Part shown: piece by piece, positions 1-9,800 of the stretch
How positions within the stretch are numbered: the stretch's first letter is position 1
How the letters are laid out: every line of letters starts with the position of its first letter
From: Cyanophora paradoxa CCMP329
Lineage: Eukaryota; Plantae; Glaucophyta
Direction: 5' to 3'
DNA length: 64,000 nucleotides
NCBI GenBank assembly: GCA_004431415.1
Contig: QPMI01000133.1
Span: 186,001 to 250,000 of the forward strand
Translations under genes and position numbers: made by a program
Notes under the pieces: model-generated
What the model was told of the DNA's origin: nothing
Seen by the model: only the letters and a program-made list of their open reading frames with translations
Databases searched by the model: none

Positions 1-255
1 GCCTTTGCTGCCGGAGTCCTATTTAATTTCAGCATTCTGACCAATTTAGGATATTTACGAGACGGGTCACTATTTGAAAACACGGTCCTAGCAAATGTGC
101 TTGCTGCGAACCCAACTATGACAGGCTTCGATCTAATGCATAGTGACTCGCATTTAATCACCCCACAGGCGTATAACTATGTGCAAATTATAACAAACGA
201 ATTTATAAATGTAAATGCATTCCGGCTTGATTTCCGGGGACGTTACCTAAACTAA
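1..255 (+). CDS. 3' end of an unknown viral ORF (partial)
   Basis: Frame 1 is open from base 1 to TAA at 253-255 (AFAAGVLFNFS...FRLDFRGRYLN*). It overlaps the stop of the convergent gene by 9 nt. Confidence 0.6.
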   Translation, partial: AFAAGVLFNFSILTNLGYLRDGSLFENTVLANVLAANPTMTGFDLMHSDSHLITPQAYNYVQIITNEFINVNAFRLDFRGRYLN

Positions 256-1137
256 AAATTGCAGTTCACCAGACCAAGGCAGGCCATTCAGTGATACATC
301 ATCACCATCTCTGTCGACAATGCGCAGTCGAAGAGAGGTCAGCACCAGGCGCTCTTCGATGGGGATCCACTCGCCGTCATTTTCCTGATTTATATAAACG
401 AACTTGCCAACATCCTGGCTCATCTGGATTCGAGCGAGCCCGTAATTACACATTGATTTAGCCCCACGGCGAAGCTTCGAAGCAAACGGCCGTAGCTCTT
501 CGCAGACAAGGAAGAGGTACTGGTCGCTGTTCATGTCGATTATCTTTGGAAATTCGACCGCGTAACCAAGTGCTATACTCTGCATTCTTCCGGTGAAATC
601 GACGCCGTACTCAGGGTGTGCAGGTGTTACTGGAATGCCAGCAACCTCGAGGTACCGCTCAGCTGCAGTTGCTGGTCTTTGCGGCCCTTCAAGCACAATA
701 GGAGACAGCTGGAGGGGCTCATTTCGGTTAAGCCCGAGCAGATTCGATAGAGCTTTAAACTGGCACGTCAGTGTGCAGGAACGGTTGCAATAGGCAGACA
801 TTTTCAGCGTCTCTGGGTCCCGAAATAGTTTAAAATACGCAATTGAGATCCCTTCTAGCTCAATATTGAATGATAGGCCAAAGTTGTAAATATCTGTTTC
901 GCCCAGATTTGCAGTCGTAATTATGCCAGGCTCAAACACCTCCACGTTTTGCGTTCCAAGGTAGGGAAAGGTGATGGAAAGATACTCAGCTTTAATGCTG
1001 GTGTAAAGGCTGTTTGCGAACTCACACTGGGTTAGTCGAACAGCAACTGGATTGATTATCGGTTCATTGATTTCGAGCACAAAGTTTGCCTCTGAATCGA
1101 TTGGCCTTCTGTCTCTGCTGTCAAACGTAAGCCGCAT
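247..1137 (-). CDS. Minor capsid (penton-like, single jelly-roll) protein 1
   Basis: N-terminal FDSRDR..NFVLEI..VAVRL..FANSLY and C-terminal LTSLRLRIVDRDG..LNGLPWSGELQF match the PLV/NCLDV minor capsid pattern. Lies next to the MCP. Confidence 0.8.
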   Translation of the reverse strand: MRLTFDSRDRRPIDSEANFVLEINEPIINPVAVRLTQCEFANSLYTSIKAEYLSITFPYLGTQNVEVFEPGIITTANLGETDIYNFGLSFNIELEGISIAYFKLFRDPETLKMSAYCNRSCTLTCQFKALSNLLGLNRNEPLQLSPIVLEGPQRPATAAERYLEVAGIPVTPAHPEYGVDFTGRMQSIALGYAVEFPKIIDMNSDQYLFLVCEELRPFASKLRRGAKSMCNYGLARIQMSQDVGKFVYINQENDGEWIPIEERLVLTSLRLRIVDRDGDDVSLNGLPWSGELQFLV

Positions 1138-1165
1138 TTTTATTCTCTAACTGATATAAAAAAAG

Positions 1166-2122
1166 ATGCCTACGGACTACGTCTGCATTGCAAGTCACCA
1201 AGCGGAGGAGCTGACATCCACCTCGAAATTTAAAGTAAGACTGCCTAAAGTTTATCAGGATGTGAAAGCCGTGCGCTTGGTATCAGCTGAGATCCCCAAC
1301 ACTATGAGCACAATTGATGTACTCGATCCGGCAGAGGATTTAGTCTTTAACACCTATATATATTGGTGCAAATATGATCCCACTAATGAAGGACCCGACC
1401 CACCTCAGGCCGGATTTGGAGCGTGGAATAACATTGCAATTCCACCTGGAAATTACGACGTCACCTCACTTGTGACAGAGATAAACGAAAGGTTGACGGG
1501 AACAGGAATCACGTGCACGTATAATTCAGCGATCAAATTAATAGGGTTCACAGCTAACTTCGAGTTCTTTATTGCTCTGATGTTGCCAACGAACCAGGGT
1601 GGGCGGGAAGTCAGAAACTACCAGGCCGTTGCAAGGGCTCAGCGAACTGCAAAGCTTCTAGGGCTGCGATCAATTCTACCGATTCGGTCAAAGACATTAT
1701 CTATAAATACTGAATATATAGCAGGCGCTTATGAGCCTGATGTCACTCCTGATGATCATGTGCTCTTACGAATTCCTGAAATTGGTGACCTTGTCAGTAT
1801 GCCGAACACGTCAATACCTGGCTTCTTCTCGAAGCTGAGCATTCCAAGCGTACTTCGTCCAGGCGAGATAGCATACTATGATTCAACTGAAGCACATCCT
1901 TTGTACAAGTATATTTATTCAAAGCTGGACCTCTACTCTGTGACTATTGAGATTTATGATTTTATGCAGCGAATTGCTGATTTAAATGGAGGTCCTGTCT
2001 CATTTATACTCGAAATTCGTTATGGCCCAGATGAACCCAATGGTGATGTTGTCTACGAGCTCGCCAAGCTTCAGCTCCAGAAAAGGTCAAAGACATATCC
2101 TTGGATCAATTCGTCAAACTGA
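1166..2122 (+). CDS. Minor capsid (penton-like) protein 2
   Basis: FKVRLPKVYQDVKAVRLVSAEIPNT, IPPGNY..L..EIN and LYSVTIEIYD..DLNGGPVSFILEI follow the same penton pattern. Confidence 0.85.
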   Translation: MPTDYVCIASHQAEELTSTSKFKVRLPKVYQDVKAVRLVSAEIPNTMSTIDVLDPAEDLVFNTYIYWCKYDPTNEGPDPPQAGFGAWNNIAIPPGNYDVTSLVTEINERLTGTGITCTYNSAIKLIGFTANFEFFIALMLPTNQGGREVRNYQAVARAQRTAKLLGLRSILPIRSKTLSINTEYIAGAYEPDVTPDDHVLLRIPEIGDLVSMPNTSIPGFFSKLSIPSVLRPGEIAYYDSTEAHPLYKYIYSKLDLYSVTIEIYDFMQRIADLNGGPVSFILEIRYGPDEPNGDVVYELAKLQLQKRSKTYPWINSSN

Positions 2123-2164
2123 GTCCCCGAATTATTTTCTTCCATTTGAATTATAAACACTTCA

Positions 2165-3553
2165 ATGGATGTTACCCAAAACTTGCAACGTCTTGGTCTA
2201 AAGGAGCTGCTCACAACTCCGCAGGAAGCTAAGGATTTCTTTATGAATAACGAGCTCATGCTGGGGATGACAAGCCAAACCAAACCGGTAAGGGTCGTCG
2301 TAAACCCGAGCAATGACTATGGAGACTGCTTCGGAAAGAGGGTTACTTATTTCCTGCCCCGTTACAATTTCCTTCAGGGGCTTGAACTCCAGTTTACCCT
2401 GCCCGAGCTGACCGCTTTTACTGGTGACACTGACCTGGTTCGCACTGGTTATCTGCGGTCTGTTGGTGCTCTTGTAAAGCGAATTGAAATAAAATATGCT
2501 TCCTACAGCTACATCGTCCCTGAAGACTGGCTTGTTCACAGCGCTCTGATTTTCAATGATGATGCACAGCTCAAAAAGAAATACCGGTCTGGTGGCTGGC
2601 TCCATGGAACCCCACCTCAGGGGACCAATCGCGCTGGAGGTATTTTCAGCGTAAAGATCCCCTGCCCCTGGGAGGGCTCAGTGCTTCCAATTGGTGCGCT
2701 CTCCGGCGAGGTGTCTGTCGAGGTTTGGTTCCGTGACCGCGCCCAGGGCTTCGTTGAGACCAGCTATGGTGGTAGGTTTGTATCAGAATATGCCGCAAAC
2801 GGTGATGCCTCTAAAGACGATGGCCTCGGAAGCGTAGGTGCTGCCGCTGCATCCCCTGCAAACATTGGCCAGAATATAACTCCCAATGTCCTCACTGTCA
2901 CTCCTGAAAAACCCGAGCTTTCGAATCCGAAGATTATAGCTCACTGCATCAACGTTGATGAGGCCACTTTTGCCCAGGTGATTGAGAAAGTCAAATCTTC
3001 GGGGATTGCGATTCCTGCAACTGAAGTTGGTTGGGTTGATGCTGACTCAATTACCTATGCAGGTGCTGGTGCGCCTACCCGGATTAATCTGTCTCAAATC
3101 AGTGGGCTCTGCTATGGCCTTTTTGTTAGCATTCGCAAGCAGACAAATATGAACCAAACTGATGGAAAACACAGCGTCCTGAAAACGGAGGCCAATGCTC
3201 GTGATATAACTATTTCCTGCGAATTGAATGGCCAGCGTCTCTATTCTAACGAGCCAGTGCCACTCCTTCAAGGTGCAGAACTCATTGCTGATGTGTTCAA
3301 ATGCTCAAATCTCGATGCACCTCTTAACAGATATGTGCTGAGTGGATTGCCATTTTGCATTAGTGGAGATCAATCGATCCGAAATGCAGCTCAAACTGGT
3401 TTCGTGGATCTCACCAACAGTAGCAGTTGCTTCTTGAATATAATGAACCCTGCCGCTTATGATGCAGCCAACAAGATTTACGTTCAAGTCCGCGCTCTCC
3501 TGCACACTGTCCTGATTGTGGATGCTGCAGGCCTCCGCAAGGTGAACCTCTAA
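2165..3553 (+). CDS. Double jelly-roll major capsid protein with NCLDV-like motifs
   Basis: 462 aa. FGKRVTYFLPR..L.LQFTLPEL, VGALVKRIEIK, KIPCPW..LPIGAL..EVSVEVWFR, GFVDLTN and a terminal VRALLHTVLIV..G parallel NCLDV MCP motifs. Sits between penton and ATPase genes. Confidence 0.85.
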   Translation: MDVTQNLQRLGLKELLTTPQEAKDFFMNNELMLGMTSQTKPVRVVVNPSNDYGDCFGKRVTYFLPRYNFLQGLELQFTLPELTAFTGDTDLVRTGYLRSVGALVKRIEIKYASYSYIVPEDWLVHSALIFNDDAQLKKKYRSGGWLHGTPPQGTNRAGGIFSVKIPCPWEGSVLPIGALSGEVSVEVWFRDRAQGFVETSYGGRFVSEYAANGDASKDDGLGSVGAAAASPANIGQNITPNVLTVTPEKPELSNPKIIAHCINVDEATFAQVIEKVKSSGIAIPATEVGWVDADSITYAGAGAPTRINLSQISGLCYGLFVSIRKQTNMNQTDGKHSVLKTEANARDITISCELNGQRLYSNEPVPLLQGAELIADVFKCSNLDAPLNRYVLSGLPFCISGDQSIRNAAQTGFVDLTNSSSCFLNIMNPAAYDAANKIYVQVRALLHTVLIVDAAGLRKVNL

Positions 3554-3573
3554 TTTCACCGACTATCTTTTTG

Positions 3574-4326
3574 ATGGATGGGTCAGACGAGCTCGCACAG
3601 TTCCAGCCGGGAGATATAAGGGTTCCATTCAAAGCCCTATTTATTTCAAAGTCTAATAGCGGCAAGTCTTTCTATTGCACCAAACATCTGCTAAGACTGC
3701 TGTATCCAAAGATCAATCGAGTCGTCGTGTTTACGGCCACCAAATTCAATGGTGAATATGCTGGAATAACAAATGAGCTTTACGACGATTTTCAGCCCTC
3801 TATCGTTGCAGAGATAATTGACTCACAGCGCAAGCTGATCGAAAACAAAAAGAAAGCGCCACAGATATTGCTTGTATTGGATGACCTCGTTGCTGCATCT
3901 GAAACTGTTGATCTTCGAAACAGCAAGGTTGTTAATCGACTTTTTATGCAGTGCCGCCATTTTTGCATTTCTACGATTTTAATGTCGCAAAAACTGACTG
4001 CTTTGAGTCAATCTATAAGATCGAACTCCGACTATTGTTTTTTCTTCAGTTACTCTAATCACACGGAGCTGGAGGCCATTTATAGAGAGTTTAGCCATCT
4101 CCCAAAAGAAGAATTTATAGCTTTATTTGAAACCTGGGCGCACGATTATCAGTGCCTAGTCCTGGATGGAACTAAATATGATACTGCCTGGTACGTTGAC
4201 AAGGCTGCAGAAGATAAGAGCTTTCGCTTCTCTAAATGGCTAAGACAAAAAGAAGAAGAAGGCCCTAAGACGGAAGAGTCTCTTGTAAGCTCTAAGAAGA
4301 AACGCCGATTTAAAATATCAGTATAA
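3574..4326 (+). CDS. A32-like (FtsK/HerA) genome packaging ATPase
   Basis: Walker A SKSNSGKS, Walker B LLVLDD, and A32 signature CRHFCISTILMSQ..IRSNSDY. Confidence 0.92.
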   Translation: MDGSDELAQFQPGDIRVPFKALFISKSNSGKSFYCTKHLLRLLYPKINRVVVFTATKFNGEYAGITNELYDDFQPSIVAEIIDSQRKLIENKKKAPQILLVLDDLVAASETVDLRNSKVVNRLFMQCRHFCISTILMSQKLTALSQSIRSNSDYCFFFSYSNHTELEAIYREFSHLPKEEFIALFETWAHDYQCLVLDGTKYDTAWYVDKAAEDKSFRFSKWLRQKEEEGPKTEESLVSSKKKRRFKISV

Positions 4327-4335
4327 GAGTATTAG

Positions 4336-4974
4336 ATGGGTCGCGGGATTCCTAAGAAGGGCTATCGTGAACGACGCAAGGTTAATATATCTGAGCCGAA
4401 TGCCCCGCTGATTGAGAGCGGTGCCACAGAGGGCGCAGCTGTTGCTGAACCTAGCGGGGAGCTTGCAAGCGACCCCCAACTAAATGCCCCTGTGGCGAAA
4501 ACAATTGCCTCTGCAGCTGCTGGGGCCAGTGCAACCGACGATCGTCACGCCCAGGCTAAAACTGTAAACGAAATGCAGTCCGATATCGACGCCGACGCGG
4601 CAAGGATACTGCAGGCACTGGCTAGCGAGCCGCGGTACTCTGGACCTAAAATAAAAGCGCCAACCGTAAGCAAAACACAGTTCGATGAGCTTGCAGCGAA
4701 ATTGCGCGATCTAGAAGCTAGGTCATCGAATATTGAATCGTATGTGAAGGAAAAGCAAGAGAGAGCAAAGATCCGCGACATGTTGCGCAGCGAAATGTTT
4801 AAGCACAGACCCATGGACGTGCCGGATTTGCGGTATCTGAAAAACGAAAAAGAGAAGGCCTCACAAGCTCTCGATGACGCTGCTGTGAAGCCCGCAACGC
4901 CTTATGTGTCTGAGCCCAATTCTACAAGCTCTCAATTGAAGGGAGCGATGGGTGGCCGGAGGATTCGACTGTAA
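4336..4974 (+). CDS. Hypothetical viral protein with basic termini and a central coiled coil
   Basis: 212-aa ORF packed 9 nt after the ATPase. No recognisable family. Confidence 0.7.
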   Translation: MGRGIPKKGYRERRKVNISEPNAPLIESGATEGAAVAEPSGELASDPQLNAPVAKTIASAAAGASATDDRHAQAKTVNEMQSDIDADAARILQALASEPRYSGPKIKAPTVSKTQFDELAAKLRDLEARSSNIESYVKEKQERAKIRDMLRSEMFKHRPMDVPDLRYLKNEKEKASQALDDAAVKPATPYVSEPNSTSSQLKGAMGGRRIRL

Positions 4975-5230
4975 AGTCCGGCAGATCAGGCAGATCGACG
5001 TGGCTCGACGCAAGCAAGTCTTGGCTTGCGCCCTCTTCAACTGTAGGACGTCGCTGATGCAAAGTCGCATCATCTAATTGACAGACTTCGAAAGCGTGCT
5101 GCAGTTCACGCTTGTCGTATTCACGCAGATGCGGCCAAGACAGTAGCCATTCAGCATATTTCGGATCGCTTACAACAACCTTAAGATGAGTCTCTCCTCG
5201 GTACTTCCCAAATCGAATTGTTCCTGGCAT
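4922..5230 (-). CDS. Small FGKYxG-motif protein (exodeoxyribonuclease X C-terminal/DUF3820-like)
   Basis: IRFGKYRGET..V..DPKYAEWLL motif. TATAA lies just upstream of the ATG. Confidence 0.65.
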   Translation of the reverse strand: MPGTIRFGKYRGETHLKVVVSDPKYAEWLLSWPHLREYDKRELQHAFEVCQLDDATLHQRRPTVEEGASQDLLASSHVDLPDLPDFTVESSGHPSLPSIESL

Positions 5231-5335
5231 TCTTTGAATTATATCTCGGATTTATTTTCGGAATTTAACGCACCCCACTGCGATTGATGTCTTAAAATTA
5301 TTTCGCTCATCATATATAACGAGAGCCGCGCGCAA

Positions 5336-5611
5336 ATGGACACTTATTCATCACCCAAACGTCCCGGGCGGAAACCAATTGTCGTCACCCCTGAGATCGC
5401 CGCAGCTCGGAAGGCTAAGCGTGCCGAGAACCATCGCCGCAGATATAATGAGGATCCGGAGTACCGTCGGCGCCACATCGAAGCCAGTCTGAAATATCAA
5501 CGCAATAATACCGAGAATCATCTGCAGGCTAATCGCCGGTATCGCAATCGAATTTACGAAAAATTAGCTCTGCTCGAGTCCCTGCAAAACAGCGTAGTTA
5601 TAGCGCTTTAA
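5336..5611 (+). CDS. Small basic putative DNA-binding protein
   Basis: KRPGRKP AT-hook-like motif followed by an Arg/Lys/Tyr-rich helix. Confidence 0.6.
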   Translation: MDTYSSPKRPGRKPIVVTPEIAAARKAKRAENHRRRYNEDPEYRRRHIEASLKYQRNNTENHLQANRRYRNRIYEKLALLESLQNSVVIAL

Positions 5612-5627
5612 AGGATGGCAATAAGCC

Positions 5628-5664
5628 AAAGGAAAGGAGCCGCGGGCGGGCGGCCTTTCTTTTT
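5628..5664. terminator. Hairpin between convergent genes
   Basis: AAAGGAAAGG-AGCCGC..GCGGC-CTTTCTTTT stem-loop between the stops at 5611 (+) and 5664 (-). Confidence 0.45.
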
Positions 5665-6851
5665 CACGCTCGCGGTCGCAGCGTTCGCGTATTGCTAGGG
5701 GCTGAGTACGCTGCAGTTTTATTCTGGAACGACGAATACCAGCGCCTTGTTACGCCCCCTGGGTTCAGCTTCTCTGTGCCTGCAGTCAACAGTTGCTTCT
5801 GCACACGCTCAAGCTTGCGTGCCCTCTCGATATCGCTCTTGTCTAAATTCTCCTGCATCAGATTAATCTCTTTCTTCCTGCGCTGCTGCGCTCGCTGTGC
5901 TGCATTGCCCGCACGACGTTCCTCTGAATCTGCCGCTACTTTTAATAGTCGCTGGTAGGTCACAGCTTTGTCGTAGCCCGAAAGCGTAAATTTGAGCAGC
6001 GGCCCAAAGCCACCTATCTCCGTAATCGTATAGATTTCTTTAGAATACGTCGGCTTTGATGACTTGTCGAATCGCTGACGCTCTAGCTGCACACGCACTC
6101 GATCACCTATCTTGAAGTCCGCTTGCGCAAAGTAATGCTGCTGCTCGTAAGCCTCTCGCTGATAATCGTTGCGAGCAATCGTCTCCTTTGGATTCTCGGC
6201 TGCTGCGTTCGGCGACGTACCGATTGACCTATGCTCTGATGAATTATAATTGCGCAAGAAAGCAGGCAGCTTATCGATATATCTGTCCGTGTCGTACGCA
6301 TCCATGTACTTTGCAATGATGCGCTTAAGCGTACCATTAAATCTCTCTATTTTGCCGTTCGCTTGCGGGCGATGCGCCTCCACTGCATTATGCTTGATTC
6401 CCATACTCGCCAGCATTGCTGCTGCGGTTCCCTTAAACTCCTGATCGGTCTGAATGACGTCCGGCTTCGAGGGGAGCTCATCAATCAATTTCTTCAAACT
6501 CGCTAGCAGAGTGCTTTCCGATTTCGTCTTCATAGGAATGCTATACGCTTTACGCGTCGTCACATCAATACCGTTCATAATAAAAGTAATCCCTCGATTT
6601 GTTCTTGCATACGGGGTCACATCAATCAGATCAACTTCGTAGTACTTTTCGGGCTCCTCGTAAATAATGCTGGTGGACGGCTTTTCCTTCACGGGTTTCG
6701 CAAAACGCTGTGCCGTCGTTAATTTCGAAAGCACGTCCTGCACTTTTGATAGCGGTAAATTGAGCCGCTTAGCTATCCGCGCCGCAGACTGAAAGCCAGT
6801 TTCCGGATCGTAATAAGCTTGTTTAATTCGACTCGCCTGCTCGGTACTCAT
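5664..6851 (-). CDS. Polinton-type retroviral-like (rve, DDE) integrase
   Basis: YYDPETGF N-terminus. Catalytic D (EVDLID), D (IQTDQEF) and E (NGKIERFNGTLK). YNSSEHRSIGTSP and FKIGDRVRV..FDK..YSKEIYTI C-terminal block. Confidence 0.95.
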   Translation of the reverse strand: MSTEQASRIKQAYYDPETGFQSAARIAKRLNLPLSKVQDVLSKLTTAQRFAKPVKEKPSTSIIYEEPEKYYEVDLIDVTPYARTNRGITFIMNGIDVTTRKAYSIPMKTKSESTLLASLKKLIDELPSKPDVIQTDQEFKGTAAAMLASMGIKHNAVEAHRPQANGKIERFNGTLKRIIAKYMDAYDTDRYIDKLPAFLRNYNSSEHRSIGTSPNAAAENPKETIARNDYQREAYEQQHYFAQADFKIGDRVRVQLERQRFDKSSKPTYSKEIYTITEIGGFGPLLKFTLSGYDKAVTYQRLLKVAADSEERRAGNAAQRAQQRRKKEINLMQENLDKSDIERARKLERVQKQLLTAGTEKLNPGGVTRRWYSSFQNKTAAYSAPSNTRTLRPRA

Positions 6852-9800
6852 GGGGGACGCTACTATAGTACTCGTCCGAAATTATCTTGCGCTTTGTATA
6901 CTGCGACCTGTTCAGCTGTCGAGCAAACGGAATTTGGATCATGGAACTAAAGCTGATTCCGCTCTCCCGTTGCCGCCCGTTCGGTTTATAAACACGGGCC
7001 AGCTTTGATTCGATTGTGCATTTGGGTTGGTACGCGGGATCCTCGAGCATGCACCTGTAAGCTTCCAGAGCGATCCTGCGGTCGAGGGCCCCCTTCCTCG
7101 CCTCTGGTTCGTCTGGCAGCCAGTGCTCCTGGATCCACGATTGCGGAATCCCCTTTGCGCGTACATGCAGATCAAACTGCGCGTCGCTGTCCCGTACAAA
7201 TAAACAAGTATAAAGCTTCGGCCCAATAAAGTACGCTTCCACAATCCGCCCTTTAATGTCACAGTCAAGTTTCCCTAGTTCCTGCCTGCAAATGTCCGCA
7301 TCTGTTGCTGTCGCTATATCATATGCTGGCTTCATATAACCCTTTGCCCGCAGCAGATCGGCGTATTTTCGATGGACAATCAAAGAGTCCGTATCAGTAT
7401 AAAACGGCATTGCATCAATGTTCCAGTATGCGCCTATTTCAATTAGAAACCTGTCCATGATCTCCCGCGAATATGACAGAATAAATGCGCCAATAAAGCA
7501 CGGTTTAGAGACAGCTCTATCACGCTTGGACTCCTCAATCTCGTACGTGACAAACATCCGCGTGTCTGACTCGATCGAAATGTCTGTGATCTGCGCTGAT
7601 CGCTGAATTTCTCGAAATCGCTTGTACGATGTGACTAGATCCGAGGTGGTGATGACAGGCCGCTGGCAATATTTACCGTAAAGGCCATTCATGGAAATCT
7701 TTGACGTCGCGTACTGAGCTGTCCCCTTGCGAGATCTAGCTTTCTGGCAGTACATACGCTCCATGTAGGTCTTGAATATTTGATCTTTTCCGTCAAACAG
7801 GTAGACCTCGTGCACCTTTGTCACCTCGCACCCCAGCTTAATTGCACGATTAATATCGACTGACGTATACCAGCCGCGCTCAATCGGCTTAAGATTAGAC
7901 CAGCCTAGATTTGATTCATGCCGCGGCAGCGGAGAGAGCAGCAGATTTTGCGGAATTGTCACGTCCACGCACGCAATAAACATCAGCGAACGCTGACTCG
8001 ATTGGACAAATTTGCAGAATCTGTCCAGTGCATCGGGCGACGTAATATGCTTGTACTTACCAGTCGGAAACCAATTCTCGTACATTGCCGTCGGATACAA
8101 GCTTACGACATCCAAGTCGACTAAATAATCATCCGGGCCCGATGAGACGAATTTGCGTTTAAACGGGAGACACCGCCCACCGTATATTGCCTGGCGCAGC
8201 ACCTGATCATCCTTGTAGGTCGGCAGCGAAATTGGATTGATCAACGTCTGCCGATGAATCTGGAACGCCATTGCCGAAGCTGTGGTTGTTTGCGTTGTGT
8301 TAACGTTTAAGCCGTACAGATCGAAGACTGCTGTCGAATATTTAATGTAAAGCTCTGTCATTGCCTTAACGTCGTCTTCCACGTACGGCTCCCATTCAGA
8401 TTTAAAGCGCTCAACGTCCTCCCACGTTTTAATCTTGCTATGATCAAAATCTCCCTTTACGTTAGTGCAGCCGTAGTCCTTGCAGGCCTGTTTGAGCGAA
8501 GCCTGGATGTGCAGGCACGGATCAAACGTACTTATAGGCCCGCCTGCAGCCGTTTTCCACGACATATTCTTGATCTTGCCGTTCGACCGCAGAACGTTCA
8601 CAGCTGCATTCGGTCGATTTATCACGAGCCATTTGTAGACAAATATATAATCGAAACCAGATCCATTGTAGAACACCAGCGTCGTCTTCTCGCTGCGGCG
8701 CTCGAGCCAGCGCATGAATATATCCAGCGTTTGCTCGCCATAAATTAACTCGCACGAGGACACCCCTCCTCTCTCAATCGTGCAATAGCTGACAGCGTAC
8801 GGGACGTGCGTTTTACCATCGGCAGCAAACGTTTCGAAGTCCGCGCAGACGACGCTGTCCAACGCTGTAAATTCTGTCTCCGGTTTGCAGGGCTTGATCT
8901 GCCGCCCGATCACGTTTTGACGGCGCGTCATCTCCTGGCACTCTGATGAATGATCTTTTCTGGGGTCGTACGCGCGTTTGCAGTTATTGCAGAACGTGCA
9001 TTGCTCCGCATGTGTCGCCAAATCAAACATCTTACCGCAGCAAGGGCACCGCTCCAGACCTAGTGTCGCCTCCTTTTTAATCAGATAGCAATGCCCATCG
9101 ATGTTGCAGAGAATTGCACGCTTCGAATAATCAAACTGGGTTCGAAAAAGCTCCTTGAATTTCGTGTTTGTCCACTCCGTCACAGTTGCATCTATCGAAT
9201 AAAATCCGCAGATCGCTTCCACTGTGCTGCGATCAAGAGATATCATGCCCTTTCCCAATCCGAGCCGCTCTCGAATAGATGCATAGGGTGCCTTTGCCAG
9301 CTTTTCGATTACTGTCTTCAGGCTCAGTCCGCGTGGATCTAATTTAACGTACTCAAAGCATTCGAGCACGCAGTCATTCGCTGGGGACATCGGGCAGTAT
9401 AGCTTATCGACTGTCCTATGATAAAATGGCAATTTCGGAACATTGCCCAGGGCGCCAGCCGCGTTGTCTGCAATTAACACCTCGATCAATATTACCACCC
9501 AAATATCGTCCTCCTGATATGACAATTGCGCTGACATCCACTGCGCAATCCGCTCATCTAAACTCTCAGTCAAAGTCTGCAACCCGTTCTGTCTGATTTG
9601 AATTAGCTGGGTCGTATACATGTGATTATTGTCAAAGCGGAACCGGATTATCACAAATCGCCCTATCATCTCCGCAACGCCCAGCTGCCCGAGGATGTCA
9701 ATCGTTAAATTCTTGACCGACTCAGGATCGAAGTTGGGCTCAATCGCATATACGTGCTTATCAAACAGCAAATTCGGATAGCGGTGATGCCTGTGAGAAA

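Noticed and set aside
5664-5950. Chromodomain at the integrase C-terminus
   Set aside because: The tail is a charged helix without the aromatic chromodomain pattern.
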